DNA of 64,000 nt from a virus. Taxonomy: Duplodnaviria; Heunggongvirae; Uroviricota; Caudoviricetes. Under the pieces are notes generated by a model. The model worked only from the letters and a program-made list of their open reading frames with translations. It was not told the DNA's origin and ran no database searches. A program made the translations under genes and the position numbers. Within the stretch, counting starts at the first letter, position 1. Each line of letters starts with the position of its first letter. The stretch is from the IMG/VR virus record IMGVR_UViG_3300021426_000008. One strand, written 5' to 3'. Shown here piece by piece: positions 10,099-20,681 of this stretch.

Positions 10099-11400
10099 AT
10101 GAAGTTACCAAAAGATATGAAATTGTCGCCCCACGCACGACAAAGATTATTAGAAAGAAAAGACGTGGATATGAAATATAATACGAGTAATATTATGAGA
10201 AGTAGTGTCAAGTGGTATGGAAAAGATGATTTAATTCACGATTGCGCACTGTATAGACATTGCTGTTATACGACCAGAAAATCAAACCAGATAGGGTATA
10301 TTACTGACGGGGACATTGAAGTTATATATAATAAAGGTACACACGTAGCAATTACGGTATTAGAAGTAAAAGATAAATTTAAGCCTATAACTCAATTCAT
10401 TAAACCCGAAATATTAAGATATAGGGAGAAGAAAAAGGAGAGAAGAAAAATGGAGACCGAAAACCAAAAAATATGTGTAGATTGTGGAAAAGAGGTAGAA
10501 GAATTAAACTCACACGGAGTATGTGTAAGATGTACAAGAAGAAAAGCTAATATGAAAGCTAGAGGAAAAGCATATATTCGTTATTTAGATTTATCCGATG
10601 AAGAAAAATGGAGAATAGATAGAGCGATAGAAGGACAAAATAAGAGACACGAAAAACCAGTAGAACCTGAACCAGAATTAACTGTACCAGATAACGACAG
10701 TTATTATTCTTCAAAAGCTAATGGGGGCGAGGTAGAGCAACACCCTATGATGAAACCAATTAAGAAAGCGTTAGACCCATTATCCGACCAAGATAGTTTT
10801 ATTAGAATATTAAGAGAATGCGGTTGTGAGATACCAGACGAAAGTTTAGAGGACGTATTAGACGTATTAGTAAATACTGATAAATTAAAAGATATATTTA
10901 TGACTATTGCAAAATCTAACAGTCAACAAGCAATGCTTGATTTAGAGCAAGCCTTGAATGTAGTAGAAAGAAAATTACAACACGACTGGGAATATAATGG
11001 TTTTCAAGAGGCAGACGATATAAAATTCAAAGGTTTTTTAACTTGGAGACGTGTATTAAAAGGAGCTATATTCTTTTGGAAAAAACTATATCAAACAAAT
11101 ACTATTATAGAAATGCAAAGAGCTTGGAACGCTTATACGCAAGACCCTAATGATAAGATACTACTTGCGGGGGATAGAATAGATAGTACAATGAAACGTT
11201 ATCAAATTACTACTGATAGTATATCTACTATATTCAATACTAGACGTCCATTCACAAGAGTATTTTATGCAACAGACAAAGACGTAGCTTATAATATGTT
11301 CAAACAATGGATGGCTGATAGAAATTTACACGAAGACCCTAAGAAAACTACTATTGTTGAATTAAAAAACGACGGTAGTGAAGACGGAAGGGAGAAATAA
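10099..11400 (+). CDS. Hypothetical Zn-finger protein (CxxC...CxxC)
   Basis: CVDCGKEVEELNSHGVCVRCTRR. First gene after the promoter, with a structured leader. Confidence 0.5.
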   Translation: MKLPKDMKLSPHARQRLLERKDVDMKYNTSNIMRSSVKWYGKDDLIHDCALYRHCCYTTRKSNQIGYITDGDIEVIYNKGTHVAITVLEVKDKFKPITQFIKPEILRYREKKKERRKMETENQKICVDCGKEVEELNSHGVCVRCTRRKANMKARGKAYIRYLDLSDEEKWRIDRAIEGQNKRHEKPVEPEPELTVPDNDSYYSSKANGGEVEQHPMMKPIKKALDPLSDQDSFIRILRECGCEIPDESLEDVLDVLVNTDKLKDIFMTIAKSNSQQAMLDLEQALNVVERKLQHDWEYNGFQEADDIKFKGFLTWRRVLKGAIFFWKKLYQTNTIIEMQRAWNAYTQDPNDKILLAGDRIDSTMKRYQITTDSISTIFNTRRPFTRVFYATDKDVAYNMFKQWMADRNLHEDPKKTTIVELKNDGSEDGREK

Positions 11401-11402
11401 AA

Positions 11403-11675
11403 TTGCAAAAGTTGATTGATATAACTGGGAACAGATATGGATATTTAACTGTTTTAGGATTTAGTCATATGGAATATAGAAAAAACGGTAAAAGTCGAAG
11501 TGTATGGAAATGTGAATGTGATTGTGGTAATATAATATTGTTACGAAAAGACCAGTTTATATATCCATATAGTAATTATAGGTCTTGCGGTTGTTGGCAC
11601 AAAATAGAAAGTAGTCGACGCCCTAAAGATAAATTAGGTAGATTTAAGAAATTAGAAAGGGGTGAAAAGAAATGA
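11403..11675 (+). CDS. Small Cys-rich (zinc-ribbon-like) protein
   Basis: CECDCGN ... CGCWH. Confidence 0.4.
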   Translation: MQKLIDITGNRYGYLTVLGFSHMEYRKNGKSRSVWKCECDCGNIILLRKDQFIYPYSNYRSCGCWHKIESSRRPKDKLGRFKKLERGEKK

Positions 11676-11905
11676 CAGAAAGAGAAGAACAAGCTAATGC
11701 TGTATTACAAGACATAGCAAAAGATATTAAAGCTAAACTTCCAGAGAATTTTGGGTTTGCATTACTTGCTTATGAATTTGGAGAAGGTGATGATAAAAAA
11801 ATGTTATATATCTCAAATTCACAAAGACAAGATGTTATGAATGCAATGGTTGAATTCTTACAAAAGAATTTAGACGACCCTAAAATGTTTGGAAAGGATG
11901 TATAG
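11672..11905 (+). CDS. Hypothetical protein
   Basis: ORF, overlapping start/stop. Confidence 0.4.
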   Translation: MTEREEQANAVLQDIAKDIKAKLPENFGFALLAYEFGEGDDKKMLYISNSQRQDVMNAMVEFLQKNLDDPKMFGKDV

Positions 11906-11907
11906 TT

Positions 11908-12375
11908 ATGAGTAGTACCTGGAAAAAGTTACAGAAAGCAAGTGAAGATTTTGCTATTAAAAAGTATTATGAAAGTATGACCCCTGAGATGTATCAAGAG
12001 GGTATACAAAGAGCTATCAAAATGACAGAAGAAAGATTAACTAAAGAATATAACGCAGAGCTAATGCGTATGGGGAAAGAATTTAATCGTAAACTTCAAG
12101 AGGGTACACTAATCGCAATGGACACCCTCGCTACAGAAATGGTTTACGAGTTGGGGAATATATTAGAATGTTATAAGGACGAGCCTGAATACTTAGACCA
12201 AAAGATAGATATTGTTCAAGGTATATACGAAACTGCTATGAAATCAATCGAGGACTATGCAAGTGATAAATATAAAAGTGACGCACAGGCTCAAAAAGCA
12301 TTTGAAAAGAAAAAGAAAACTATTCAAAAAGTTTTTGGAATGGAGCCAGATGATGGGAAGAAAAAAAGTAAATAG
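11908..12375 (+). CDS. Hypothetical protein
   Basis: ORF. Confidence 0.45.
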   Translation: MSSTWKKLQKASEDFAIKKYYESMTPEMYQEGIQRAIKMTEERLTKEYNAELMRMGKEFNRKLQEGTLIAMDTLATEMVYELGNILECYKDEPEYLDQKIDIVQGIYETAMKSIEDYASDKYKSDAQAQKAFEKKKKTIQKVFGMEPDDGKKKSK

Positions 12376-12616
12376 TGATAAGAAAAACGCTAGTGTAGAT
12401 GATTTATGCGATTTAATAAATGAAAAGTATAATCTGTTACCTAGTAGTATTGGTAGTATTGAGTACCATAGTGATATGTGCGAAAGCTCAATAGTACAAA
12501 TATGTAATAAAGCTCGAGGACATAGACAGCTCATAAGTGGACCCGAGCCAGTATTAAAAACATATTTAAGAAATATATTAGAAGATAAAACTATATTGAA
12601 TTTTTGGGCTATATAA
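12350..12616 (+). CDS. Hypothetical protein. The start is probably the internal ATGATG at 12350.
   Basis: The ORF track gives 12257..12616, overlapping the previous gene. An internal Met with GGAG just upstream is the more plausible start. Confidence 0.3.
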   Translation: MMGRKKVNSDKKNASVDDLCDLINEKYNLLPSSIGSIEYHSDMCESSIVQICNKARGHRQLISGPEPVLKTYLRNILEDKTILNFWAI

Positions 12617-12633
12617 TTTAAGGAGGAGAACCT

Positions 12634-14625
12634 ATGTTATTATACGATTTTGAGGTATTCAAGCACGACACATTACTTGGAGTTTTAGATGAGGAGACCG
12701 GGGTAGTTACCCAGTTGTGGGATATTGATGAAATCAAATCGTTCACCAGAAAGAATTTAGAAAACATTTGGGTAGGTTATAACTCTGCGCATTACGACCA
12801 TATATTGCTACACGGAATTCTGACTGGGAAATTAACTACCGAGGATAGAGTTTTTGCGTGTAGCAATTCTGTTATTCACGCACAGGATTATGATATACCA
12901 GTATTCAATGTATTAGGGAAGTATGACATTACAGACTTTTATCAATCGCCGATTTTAAGTTATGACGTTATGGGGGACGGTTCATTTTTCTCATTAAAAC
13001 AGCTAGAAGGTTTTATTGGAATGAGTATCGTAGAAAGTGTTGTGCCATTTGATATAGATAGAAAATTAACACAAGAAGAAAAAGATGACGTTGCAAAATA
13101 TAACAGAGCTGATTTATTTGGTACATTAGAAAGATTTAAGCAAAGAAAAAATACATTCAAAACAAAAATGTTACTTGTAAAAGAATTTGGACTACCTATA
13201 AATTATGTATGTAAAACAAACGCAAAGCTAACAGAGACTATATTGTTATCACAGAATAGAGGTGTGAATACTAGAGCAAGAAAGAATTTTCAATTATCAA
13301 CATTACCTTGTAATTGGGACGTGCCAGAGATAAAAACAGTATTTGGATTTTTCTTAGAAGCCTTACGTGAGTTAGAAAAACATAAATGGGACACTAAAAA
13401 GTGTGATAAAACAAAGTTAAGTATGAATATAGATATATTAGGAGTAGAGCATACATTTGCACTTGGAGGAGTACACGGAGGAATTAAAAATTATATATGT
13501 AGACCAGAAGACGGAAAGAAAATTATTTGGGTAGACGTATCTTCACTATACCCTAACATATTAGTACAATGGGATTTATTATCAAGACAAATTGATAAAC
13601 GTGGTGTTGAAGCGTTTGGAAATATGGTTCAAGTTCGTATGGATATAAAAGCTAAAATGCACGACGAAGGATTGAGTAAAGAAGAAAAGAAGGCACTAAA
13701 AGACCAAGCAGCAAGATATAAACTTATATTGAACACGACTTCTGGTTGTATGAAAGATAAATACAAAAAGATTTATGACCCTGAATATAATACTAAAATG
13801 TGTATGTTAGGACAATTATCTTTATTAGATTTAATTTATAGACTTCATAATGCTAAACGCAGAAAGAAACCTATGTGGGCTGTAGACCCTAGCACAATTA
13901 AAGGTGTATATAGAGTGGGTGATAGTCTTGACGGAGAATATTTTAAACTAATTCAATCTAATACTGATGGTATCGCATTAGAATTATTAACTCCGGACGC
14001 AGAGGACACGATTGACCGAGTATGTAAAGACTGGGAAAAAGATTGGAGATTTAGTTTAGAGAAAACTGTTGCCGACAACTTATATGAAAAAGACGTTAAC
14101 AATTATGTATTTAAAGATAGTAGCGGAAAAGTAAAAGTTAAAGGAGCGTATGTGACGAAATATGACGACGGTAATGAACAGGATACGCTATCAATTCTTG
14201 CTAAAGCCGTAGTTGAATATTTCTTAAATGGAGTAGATATTAGGACTACTATTTGTAATCCAGAAAATCCAGCAACTGATTATCAAATGATTAAAAAGTT
14301 AGGGAATATGTACGATACCCCAACTTGGAAAAAAGATTCAGGAGACGAAATAGTACAGAAAGTGAACAGGATATTCCCAAGTGTAGATAAAACTCTTGGT
14401 GGTCTATTCAAACATAAAAGAGATAAAGAAATAGGCTCACTTGATAAAGTTGAAGGTACACCAGAACACGTGTTGATAATTAACACTGATATACGTGGAA
14501 AGAAAATAGGAGAGTTAGATAATATAGATTATGAGTGGTATATAGCAGAAGCTCAAAAGCGTATCAACGATTTTTTAGGAATAAAACCAGAAAGAAAAAC
14601 AAGAAAAAGAAAGGTGGAAAGCTAA
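12634..14625 (+). CDS. Family B DNA polymerase
   Basis: Exo I YDFEV, Exo II YNSAHYDHILL, motif A DVSSLYPNIL, motif B KLILNTTSG, motif C SNTDGI. GGAGG RBS. Confidence 0.8.
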   Translation: MLLYDFEVFKHDTLLGVLDEETGVVTQLWDIDEIKSFTRKNLENIWVGYNSAHYDHILLHGILTGKLTTEDRVFACSNSVIHAQDYDIPVFNVLGKYDITDFYQSPILSYDVMGDGSFFSLKQLEGFIGMSIVESVVPFDIDRKLTQEEKDDVAKYNRADLFGTLERFKQRKNTFKTKMLLVKEFGLPINYVCKTNAKLTETILLSQNRGVNTRARKNFQLSTLPCNWDVPEIKTVFGFFLEALRELEKHKWDTKKCDKTKLSMNIDILGVEHTFALGGVHGGIKNYICRPEDGKKIIWVDVSSLYPNILVQWDLLSRQIDKRGVEAFGNMVQVRMDIKAKMHDEGLSKEEKKALKDQAARYKLILNTTSGCMKDKYKKIYDPEYNTKMCMLGQLSLLDLIYRLHNAKRRKKPMWAVDPSTIKGVYRVGDSLDGEYFKLIQSNTDGIALELLTPDAEDTIDRVCKDWEKDWRFSLEKTVADNLYEKDVNNYVFKDSSGKVKVKGAYVTKYDDGNEQDTLSILAKAVVEYFLNGVDIRTTICNPENPATDYQMIKKLGNMYDTPTWKKDSGDEIVQKVNRIFPSVDKTLGGLFKHKRDKEIGSLDKVEGTPEHVLIINTDIRGKKIGELDNIDYEWYIAEAQKRINDFLGIKPERKTRKRKVES

Positions 14626-14805
14626 AATGATATATTTAAAAATTTATATAATTACATTGATAAGTGCGACATTATTATTAAAATTTATTAGTATTATAAA
14701 GAAAAAATATGCTTATGGAATAAAATATGCGGTTTTATGCTTCCTACTATTTTATTTACCAATATTAGTGTATACAGTATTTTCGTAAAAATTTAAGATA
14801 AAGTA

Positions 14806-14834
14806 TTGACAAACTACTAAAAGTTGTGTATAAT
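14806..14834 (+). promoter_or_regulatory. Sigma-A-like promoter (TTGACA, 17-bp spacer, TATAAT)
   Basis: Read directly. Confidence 0.55.
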
Positions 14835-14859
14835 GTTTATAAAAGAAGGAGGTTATAAT

Positions 14860-15117
14860 ATGGACTTAGAAGAATTCAAAAAAGATAGAGACGAAGCACT
14901 TGCGAGTGGAGACCCAGATAAAATGAAAGCATATTGTAAAAAGTATGACATAGATATACCAGAAGACGAGAATGTATTTCTAGCAGGTATGCACAAAGCT
15001 ATTTGTAATATGTTTTTAATGCCAGGCACTAAGATTAGTTTAGACCAATATGAAAAAAGTTATAGTTGGCTTACAGCAAACGGCTATACACCGTCTGTCA
15101 CAGGAGGTGAAGAATAA
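14860..15117 (+). CDS. Hypothetical protein
   Basis: Start placed at the ATG that follows the AAGAAGGAGG RBS. Confidence 0.45.
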   Translation: MDLEEFKKDRDEALASGDPDKMKAYCKKYDIDIPEDENVFLAGMHKAICNMFLMPGTKISLDQYEKSYSWLTANGYTPSVTGGEE

Positions 15118-15222
15118 TGGACCCATTTTTAGACCTAATATTGTATGATATTGACCCAGATAGTATGACAGAAGTTGAAAAAGAAATTTTGCTAGACGAA
15201 ATGTACGAGGGAGGTGAGATAG

Positions 15223-15453
15223 ATGTTTAGAAAACTTGCCGACGTACCAGAATGTTTAGGAAATATCAACGGAGTAGACTATGACGCAGACATATCTGTT
15301 AGAGCAATTAAAGATTATGACACAATAACTAAAGGTAAAATATATCACGTACATAAGATAACAAGTTATGGAGACCCATTTGACGTATGGATAACGAATG
15401 ACAGAGGAGAGGAAGAAGACTTCGGAGAATTTTGTTTTGAAGATATAGATTAG
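15223..15453 (+). CDS. Hypothetical protein
   Basis: ORF. Confidence 0.4.
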   Translation: MFRKLADVPECLGNINGVDYDADISVRAIKDYDTITKGKIYHVHKITSYGDPFDVWITNDRGEEEDFGEFCFEDID

Positions 15454-15473
15454 TAGAAAGGTAGGAAATTAAA

Positions 15474-16358
15474 ATGAATTTATTTGAAAAAAGAGAAGAA
15501 GAAAGAAGTGTAGCATATAATGTTTACACAACAAGAGATTATTCGATATTCAAAAGATTAGTAGGAAACAGAGATATACCAGAGAGTAGAATTAGTAAGA
15601 TAGTAGATAGTATTCAAAAAATAGGTTGGATACATAATCCTATCGTAGTAAATGAAAATATGGAAGTAATCGACGGTCAAGGTAGACTTACAGCACTTCA
15701 AAGATTAAAAATGCCAGTGGAGTATATCATAGCCCCAGGAGCAGGTACAAAAGAGTGTGTTTATATGAATATGAATATGGTAAACTGGAAATTACCAGAC
15801 TTTATCAAGTCATACGCAGAACAAGGAAACGAAAATTATCAAAGATTATTAAAACTTATGAGTAAATACGCAAATGGAAACTTAGATATAATTTCAACAG
15901 CAGTTTATAGAGTATCAAAATCAAAACATAGAGATATAAAAGAAGGTATTTTGCAATTAACAGAGGAGCAATATGAAGACGCTATACCTAGACTAGAATT
16001 TATTAAACCTTTATTAGAAAGTATTGATGAAAAGAAAATACCAGGAAGTTTAGTAACACTTATGCAAACTGTTATTTATTACTTTGATTATCCAGAAGTT
16101 GATAAGAAAAGACTTGCTTATAGTGTAGAGAAATATATTTATAATGCAACACCTTGGGTATTAAATACTGACTGTGAAAGAGAAGTTGAAAATGTATATA
16201 ACTATAATATGAAGTTAGAAGATAAAATTTCAATAGCTCATTTAGTTAAAGAAGAAAGAATGAGAAGACAATTAGAATTAAATAAAGCAAATCAAGCTAG
16301 AGCATTTGAAAGAACACAAAAAGGAATTCAAGGATTTATTACTAAAACGGAGGAATAA
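15474..16358 (+). CDS. ParB/Sulfiredoxin-like nuclease-domain protein
   Basis: NPIVVNENMEVIDGQGRLTAL resembles the ParB N-terminal motif. Confidence 0.55.
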   Translation: MNLFEKREEERSVAYNVYTTRDYSIFKRLVGNRDIPESRISKIVDSIQKIGWIHNPIVVNENMEVIDGQGRLTALQRLKMPVEYIIAPGAGTKECVYMNMNMVNWKLPDFIKSYAEQGNENYQRLLKLMSKYANGNLDIISTAVYRVSKSKHRDIKEGILQLTEEQYEDAIPRLEFIKPLLESIDEKKIPGSLVTLMQTVIYYFDYPEVDKKRLAYSVEKYIYNATPWVLNTDCEREVENVYNYNMKLEDKISIAHLVKEERMRRQLELNKANQARAFERTQKGIQGFITKTEE

Positions 16359-16361
16359 TAC

Positions 16362-16727
16362 GTGAAAAGTAAAAAATATAAAGAAATATTTAAGTTAAAG
16401 AAAATGCTTGAGGACGCAGGAATTCCGTTCAGTTGGAATGAAGGTTGGGGCTACGACGAAGAAAAGTTAAAAGAATTACGAAAAGTAGCTCCCGACCTAG
16501 TGGAGCATTATCAAATCTGTTATCCTGTATTCGATAGTGAACATAGATGGATAAGCGTGATTGAAGGTTTTGGCACATTTGGAGCCGAGAAAGATAGATT
16601 AGAAATAATGGGAGGCTTTACTCCTTGGGAAAGATATGAGTATGGAGACGAACCTGTTATGGGTGGATTGACTGCTCGTAATGTATATCAAAGAATAAAA
16701 AATCATTGGGAGGAGCATAAAATATGA
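16362..16727 (+). CDS. Hypothetical protein
   Basis: ORF. Confidence 0.4.
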   Translation: MKSKKYKEIFKLKKMLEDAGIPFSWNEGWGYDEEKLKELRKVAPDLVEHYQICYPVFDSEHRWISVIEGFGTFGAEKDRLEIMGGFTPWERYEYGDEPVMGGLTARNVYQRIKNHWEEHKI

Positions 16728-17158
16728 AAAAGAAAATAATTAAAATTGACGAAGAAACATTTGAAATTACTGAAATGTACGTAGACGTAGAGGAAGAAGA
16801 AACAAAAGATGGGGCTGTTGGTGATGTAATATCTGACTTCGCAGAAGCTCTACGCAAAGCTATGGGTTGTACGTCTGATGAATTTTATGATAAATACCAA
16901 GCTATGAAAAAAGCAGAGGCAGAATTCAAAGAAGTATATGAACCATTAAAAGCAGAAGTTATTAAATTACACGAAACACAAAACTTACCAAAAAATGTAA
17001 TAGTAGGTGGAGCAAAATTAACTTATGTTTCTCCTAGTACAAGAAGTACAATAGATAGTAAAAAACTAAAAGAGGAGGAGCCTGAAATCGCGAAGAAGTT
17101 TACCAAAACTACACAAGTTGCTGCGACTGTAAAATTAGAAGATATAGGAGGTAAATAA
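16724..17158 (+). CDS. Hypothetical acidic protein
   Basis: ORF. Confidence 0.4.
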   Translation: MKKKIIKIDEETFEITEMYVDVEEEETKDGAVGDVISDFAEALRKAMGCTSDEFYDKYQAMKKAEAEFKEVYEPLKAEVIKLHETQNLPKNVIVGGAKLTYVSPSTRSTIDSKKLKEEEPEIAKKFTKTTQVAATVKLEDIGGK

Positions 17159-17463
17159 TGAGTGATAGAAAAGCGTACCAACGCGAGTATTATAGAAAAA
17201 AGAAAGAAGAACGTCAAGCGTACTTCAAAGAATATTATGAAAAAAATAAAGATAGAATAAAAGCTCGTAATAATAAACATTATGCTGAAAGTAAAGAGTT
17301 ACAGAAAGAAAAGAAAGACAATTATGAAAAATTTTACAAGGAGCATAAAGACGAAAGAAAAGAATATTATAAAGAGCATTATGAGAAAAACAAAAAAGAA
17401 AGACAAAAATATTATAGAGATTATTATAAAAGAAAGAAGGAGGCTCAGTCTAATGAAAACTGA
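17158..17463 (+). CDS. Highly charged K/E/Y tandem-repeat protein
   Basis: Repeats of the YYKEHYEKNK type. The DNA shows imperfect tandem repeats across 17200-17450. Confidence 0.4.
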   Translation: MSDRKAYQREYYRKKKEERQAYFKEYYEKNKDRIKARNNKHYAESKELQKEKKDNYEKFYKEHKDERKEYYKEHYEKNKKERQKYYRDYYKRKKEAQSNEN

Positions 17464-18817
17464 TTTATATGTGTATCAAAGAGTTACAGCAGACGACATA
17501 TATTATAGAATGAGTAATACAGACCAACGTGGAGCTTATTTAGGTTTTGATACAGGTACAGGGAAGACTGTAACCTCCCTTTCTGTTGCTGAAAAATTAT
17601 ATAAAAATCATATGATAAAAGGCGTAGTAGTAATATGCCCAGTTTCAAAAGTAGACGACTGGAAAAGAGATTTAGAATACGAAGTACCTGAAATAGAAAT
17701 GAAATTTGTGTCTAGTTTTCAAAGTGCTTGGAGAGAAAAAAACAAAGCTAAAATTGAATATGTATGTAAAATGGTGGACGCTTTAGTGATAGTAGACGAA
17801 GGTCATAAAATGAAGACTTATGATAGTAAACAAAGTAAATTCATACAAGCATTAAGTGAAACGTATAAACCTTATATGCTAGTGCTTAGTGCTACACCAC
17901 AAAATAAAAAATATATAGATTTATACCCACAATATAAAGCCTTAGGACACCCATTATTTAATATTAAACCAAAAGATTTTAAGCAAAGATTTTGTATTGA
18001 AGCTCAAAACTGGAATTTAGTTAGAGCAGGAAAAGCTCGTTTTCCGTTCAACGAAATAGTAGGATATAGAGAAACTGAAAAAATGGACGAGGCTGTAAAT
18101 GATTATACTTATTATAAAAAATATGAAAGTGAATATGATCGTCCTATTGAGATACCACAGTTATTCAAAATGACTTCTGATATGAAATATTTTAAGGAGA
18201 AAAAAGTATGGCCTAGAATGGACGAGAAATCGTTTTTAAGCGCTTTAGAAAGGGGAGACGATAAATTACTTAACGAGGATATAATAATCGCTAATAGACC
18301 AACCTTGCACCATATTTATATGCGTGAAAGTTGTAGTGGATTTATATTTGATAAATACTTAAAGGATAATCCAAAATTACAATGGTTAGAAGACTTTTTA
18401 GATGGAAATGAAGGTCGCATTGTTGTATTCACTAATTTTGTAACAGAAACTTATATTATAAAAGCATTATGTAATAAACAAAAAAGACATTGTGTCATTT
18501 ACGACGGAGCGCATAAAGACTTAAAAGATTGGTATGAGCAAGACGATTGTGTTGCTATTGTAAACGTAGTAGCAGGAGGAGCAGGTCTTAACGATTTTGC
18601 TAAAACTAATATTGCTATATTCTTCTCACCACCAGAAAATCATATAGATTTTGAACAAGCAAAAGGTCGTATAGATAGAATTGGTCAAACAAAGCAACCT
18701 GTATATTATTATCTTCAAATTATGAATTCTGTTGAGCCAGCTATTTATAGAAACCTAAAAGAAGGTAAAGATTTTGATGATAGAATGTTTGAAGAATGGC
18801 TAGAGAAGGGGGAATAA
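17453..18817 (+). CDS. SNF2-family helicase
   Basis: GFDTGTGKT (motif I), VIVDEGH (motif II), SATP, GGAGLN and QAKGRIDRIGQ (motif VI). Start set at the MKTD Met. The ORF-track start at 17282 lies inside the repeat gene. Confidence 0.75.
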   Translation: MKTDLYVYQRVTADDIYYRMSNTDQRGAYLGFDTGTGKTVTSLSVAEKLYKNHMIKGVVVICPVSKVDDWKRDLEYEVPEIEMKFVSSFQSAWREKNKAKIEYVCKMVDALVIVDEGHKMKTYDSKQSKFIQALSETYKPYMLVLSATPQNKKYIDLYPQYKALGHPLFNIKPKDFKQRFCIEAQNWNLVRAGKARFPFNEIVGYRETEKMDEAVNDYTYYKKYESEYDRPIEIPQLFKMTSDMKYFKEKKVWPRMDEKSFLSALERGDDKLLNEDIIIANRPTLHHIYMRESCSGFIFDKYLKDNPKLQWLEDFLDGNEGRIVVFTNFVTETYIIKALCNKQKRHCVIYDGAHKDLKDWYEQDDCVAIVNVVAGGAGLNDFAKTNIAIFFSPPENHIDFEQAKGRIDRIGQTKQPVYYYLQIMNSVEPAIYRNLKEGKDFDDRMFEEWLEKGE

Positions 18818-19569
18818 CTGTGAGAAGAAAGAAAAAGGAAGAACCAGAAATTTATCATACTCCGTTTGGGTCAACAACTGTAAGACCACCAGAGTATGAT
18901 TTAAGCCCCTATTCAATAGAACCTGATACAATAGAAGTAACTTCATTGGGAGACCCATATAAAAGTTATATACAAAGTCCATTTACAACTGGTACTTCTT
19001 TAACTTATACAGGTTCTACTGGTGAAACCAGACACGTATATTATCCACCAAAACATTGGGAACCCTATTTAACTACGCTGGATTACGAAGATTTTATGAG
19101 AAAAATTGGAAAAGAGGAGGAGGCAAAAGTGAAGGTAAATGTAGAAAATTTCAAAGGCAAGTATGTATGCTGTGTTAAAGATACACCTGATTTATTGCCA
19201 GAAAAGATACTCGTTACTTTGTCTGCGGTAAAAGGTAGGTTAATGATGGAAATTGCACCCATTCATATAAAAGAATTTCAATGTAGTATGACCCCCGCAG
19301 TAAGGAAAAACATAATTCAAGCTAGTAAACGAGCTAGAATGTATGGAAAGAAAATGCCAATTATTGCTCGTTTTGATGAATACGGTAGACCGCTTCCTGA
19401 ACAGATAGAAATAAATGACTCACCAGGAGTTAATTTAAGAATTTTAGACCCAGCTGATTATGGAGAATTATATCTTGAATTAGTTGCTATTGAATTTCCT
19501 AATAATGAGTATAAAGTTGCTAGAGACTGGACTTATACAGGAGGATTTGATGAGGGTATTCCATTCTAA
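18796..19569 (+). CDS. Hypothetical protein
   Basis: ORF. Confidence 0.4.
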   Translation: MAREGGITVRRKKKEEPEIYHTPFGSTTVRPPEYDLSPYSIEPDTIEVTSLGDPYKSYIQSPFTTGTSLTYTGSTGETRHVYYPPKHWEPYLTTLDYEDFMRKIGKEEEAKVKVNVENFKGKYVCCVKDTPDLLPEKILVTLSAVKGRLMMEIAPIHIKEFQCSMTPAVRKNIIQASKRARMYGKKMPIIARFDEYGRPLPEQIEINDSPGVNLRILDPADYGELYLELVAIEFPNNEYKVARDWTYTGGFDEGIPF

Positions 19570-19599
19570 AAATTATTTATGAAACAGACAACAAACCCA

Positions 19600-19628
19600 T
19601 TGACGATTTAGGTCGATTGTGATATGAT
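19600..19628 (+). promoter_or_regulatory. Sigma-A-like promoter (TTGACG, 17-bp spacer, TATGAT)
   Basis: Preceded by AGACAACAAACCCATTGAC, the same motif as at 9936. Confidence 0.5.
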
Positions 19629-19650
19629 ATGCACAAAGGAGAAATGAAGA

Positions 19651-19845
19651 ATGGGAAAAATAATTGCACTTATTTTAATTTTAGTTGTTTGTGGTATATT
19701 ATGGGCATTTCCACTATGGGCGGTTGTTAATTTTGTATGCTGGGCGTTCCATTTATCCTTTCATTTGAGCTACTTACAAGCATTTGCGTTATGTTTATTA
19801 GCAAGTGTAATAAGAAGTTTATTATTCAAAAAGGAGGATAAATAA
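19651..19845 (+). CDS. Small membrane protein
   Basis: Two hydrophobic helices. Confidence 0.4.
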   Translation: MGKIIALILILVVCGILWAFPLWAVVNFVCWAFHLSFHLSYLQAFALCLLASVIRSLLFKKEDK

Positions 19846-19846
19846 T

Positions 19847-20212
19847 ATGGAATTTGTATCACCAGTTAATCCAAAAAATATTTGGACTTTATGTTTCAAA
19901 GACAGAGACGAAATGAACAGAATATTTTATGAAAACAGACCAATCGACCAAGAGGCTAGATTACACGGAATAACAGAATATATTTCACAAACTATTTATA
20001 TTGATAAAGATTTAGACGGCTTTCTTTTAGGAAAAGCGTTAAGACACGAACTTACACACGTTTACTTATGGGAAACAGGACAACAAGATAGAGTTTTAAA
20101 TGAAGAAGAAACAGCTGATTTTATGAGTGTTGCTGGACCAGTTATATGTAAATGTGCTGATAATTTAATGCTTAGACTAAGAGAGGGGTTATATAAAAAT
20201 GGGGAATTATAA
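19847..20212 (+). CDS. HExxH metallopeptidase-like protein (ImmA/IrrE-like?)
   Basis: Motif LRHELTHVYLW. Confidence 0.35.
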   Translation: MEFVSPVNPKNIWTLCFKDRDEMNRIFYENRPIDQEARLHGITEYISQTIYIDKDLDGFLLGKALRHELTHVYLWETGQQDRVLNEEETADFMSVAGPVICKCADNLMLRLREGLYKNGEL

Positions 20213-20510
20213 ACCACACAAAGAGAAAGCTATTGAAAATGAAATTAAAGAATATATAACAAGTCTAGGTGGATTATGTTATAAAATTCACGGCGGAGAC
20301 TTATATCAAGAAACAGGTATACCAGACTTATTATGTTGCTGGGGAGGATTATTCTTCGGTATAGAAGTTAAAGACCCAGGAGGAAAACCTAGTGCTATTC
20401 AATTAGCACAAGGAGCGAGAATTAAAAAAGCTGGAGGGCATTTTATTATTGCTAAAAGTTTACAAGATGTAAAAGACTATGTATGGAAAGAGGGGTTAGT
20501 AGGACTATGA
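20199..20510 (+). CDS. VRR-NUC domain nuclease
   Basis: GIPDLL ... GIEVKDPGGKPSAIQ ... fits the PD-(D/E)XK VRR-NUC pattern. Confidence 0.55.
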   Translation: MGNYKPHKEKAIENEIKEYITSLGGLCYKIHGGDLYQETGIPDLLCCWGGLFFGIEVKDPGGKPSAIQLAQGARIKKAGGHFIIAKSLQDVKDYVWKEGLVGL

Positions 20511-20680
20511 GTATGTATGACAAAAGTTATTGTGCTACAGAGTGTGAAGATTGTAGTTGTGAACGAAATATAAAATTTAATAAACCAGAAACACAATTTT
20601 ATTCTATGGCTACGTTTGATGATAGTAACCCAGACAAAATGCACAAACGTTGTCCTTGGAGAATAAAGAAAGGAAGCTAA
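20507..20680 (+). CDS. Small Cys-rich protein
   Basis: CATECEDCSC...; the ATGA overlaps the upstream stop codon. Confidence 0.35.
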   Translation: MSMYDKSYCATECEDCSCERNIKFNKPETQFYSMATFDDSNPDKMHKRCPWRIKKGS

Positions 20681-20681
20681 T

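Noticed and set aside
10099-14625. Protein-primed replication, with a terminal protein encoded next to the small PolB
   Set aside because: The genome encodes a PBSX-type terminase with a nuclease domain and a primase-helicase. That is inconsistent with a phi29-like protein-primed life style.
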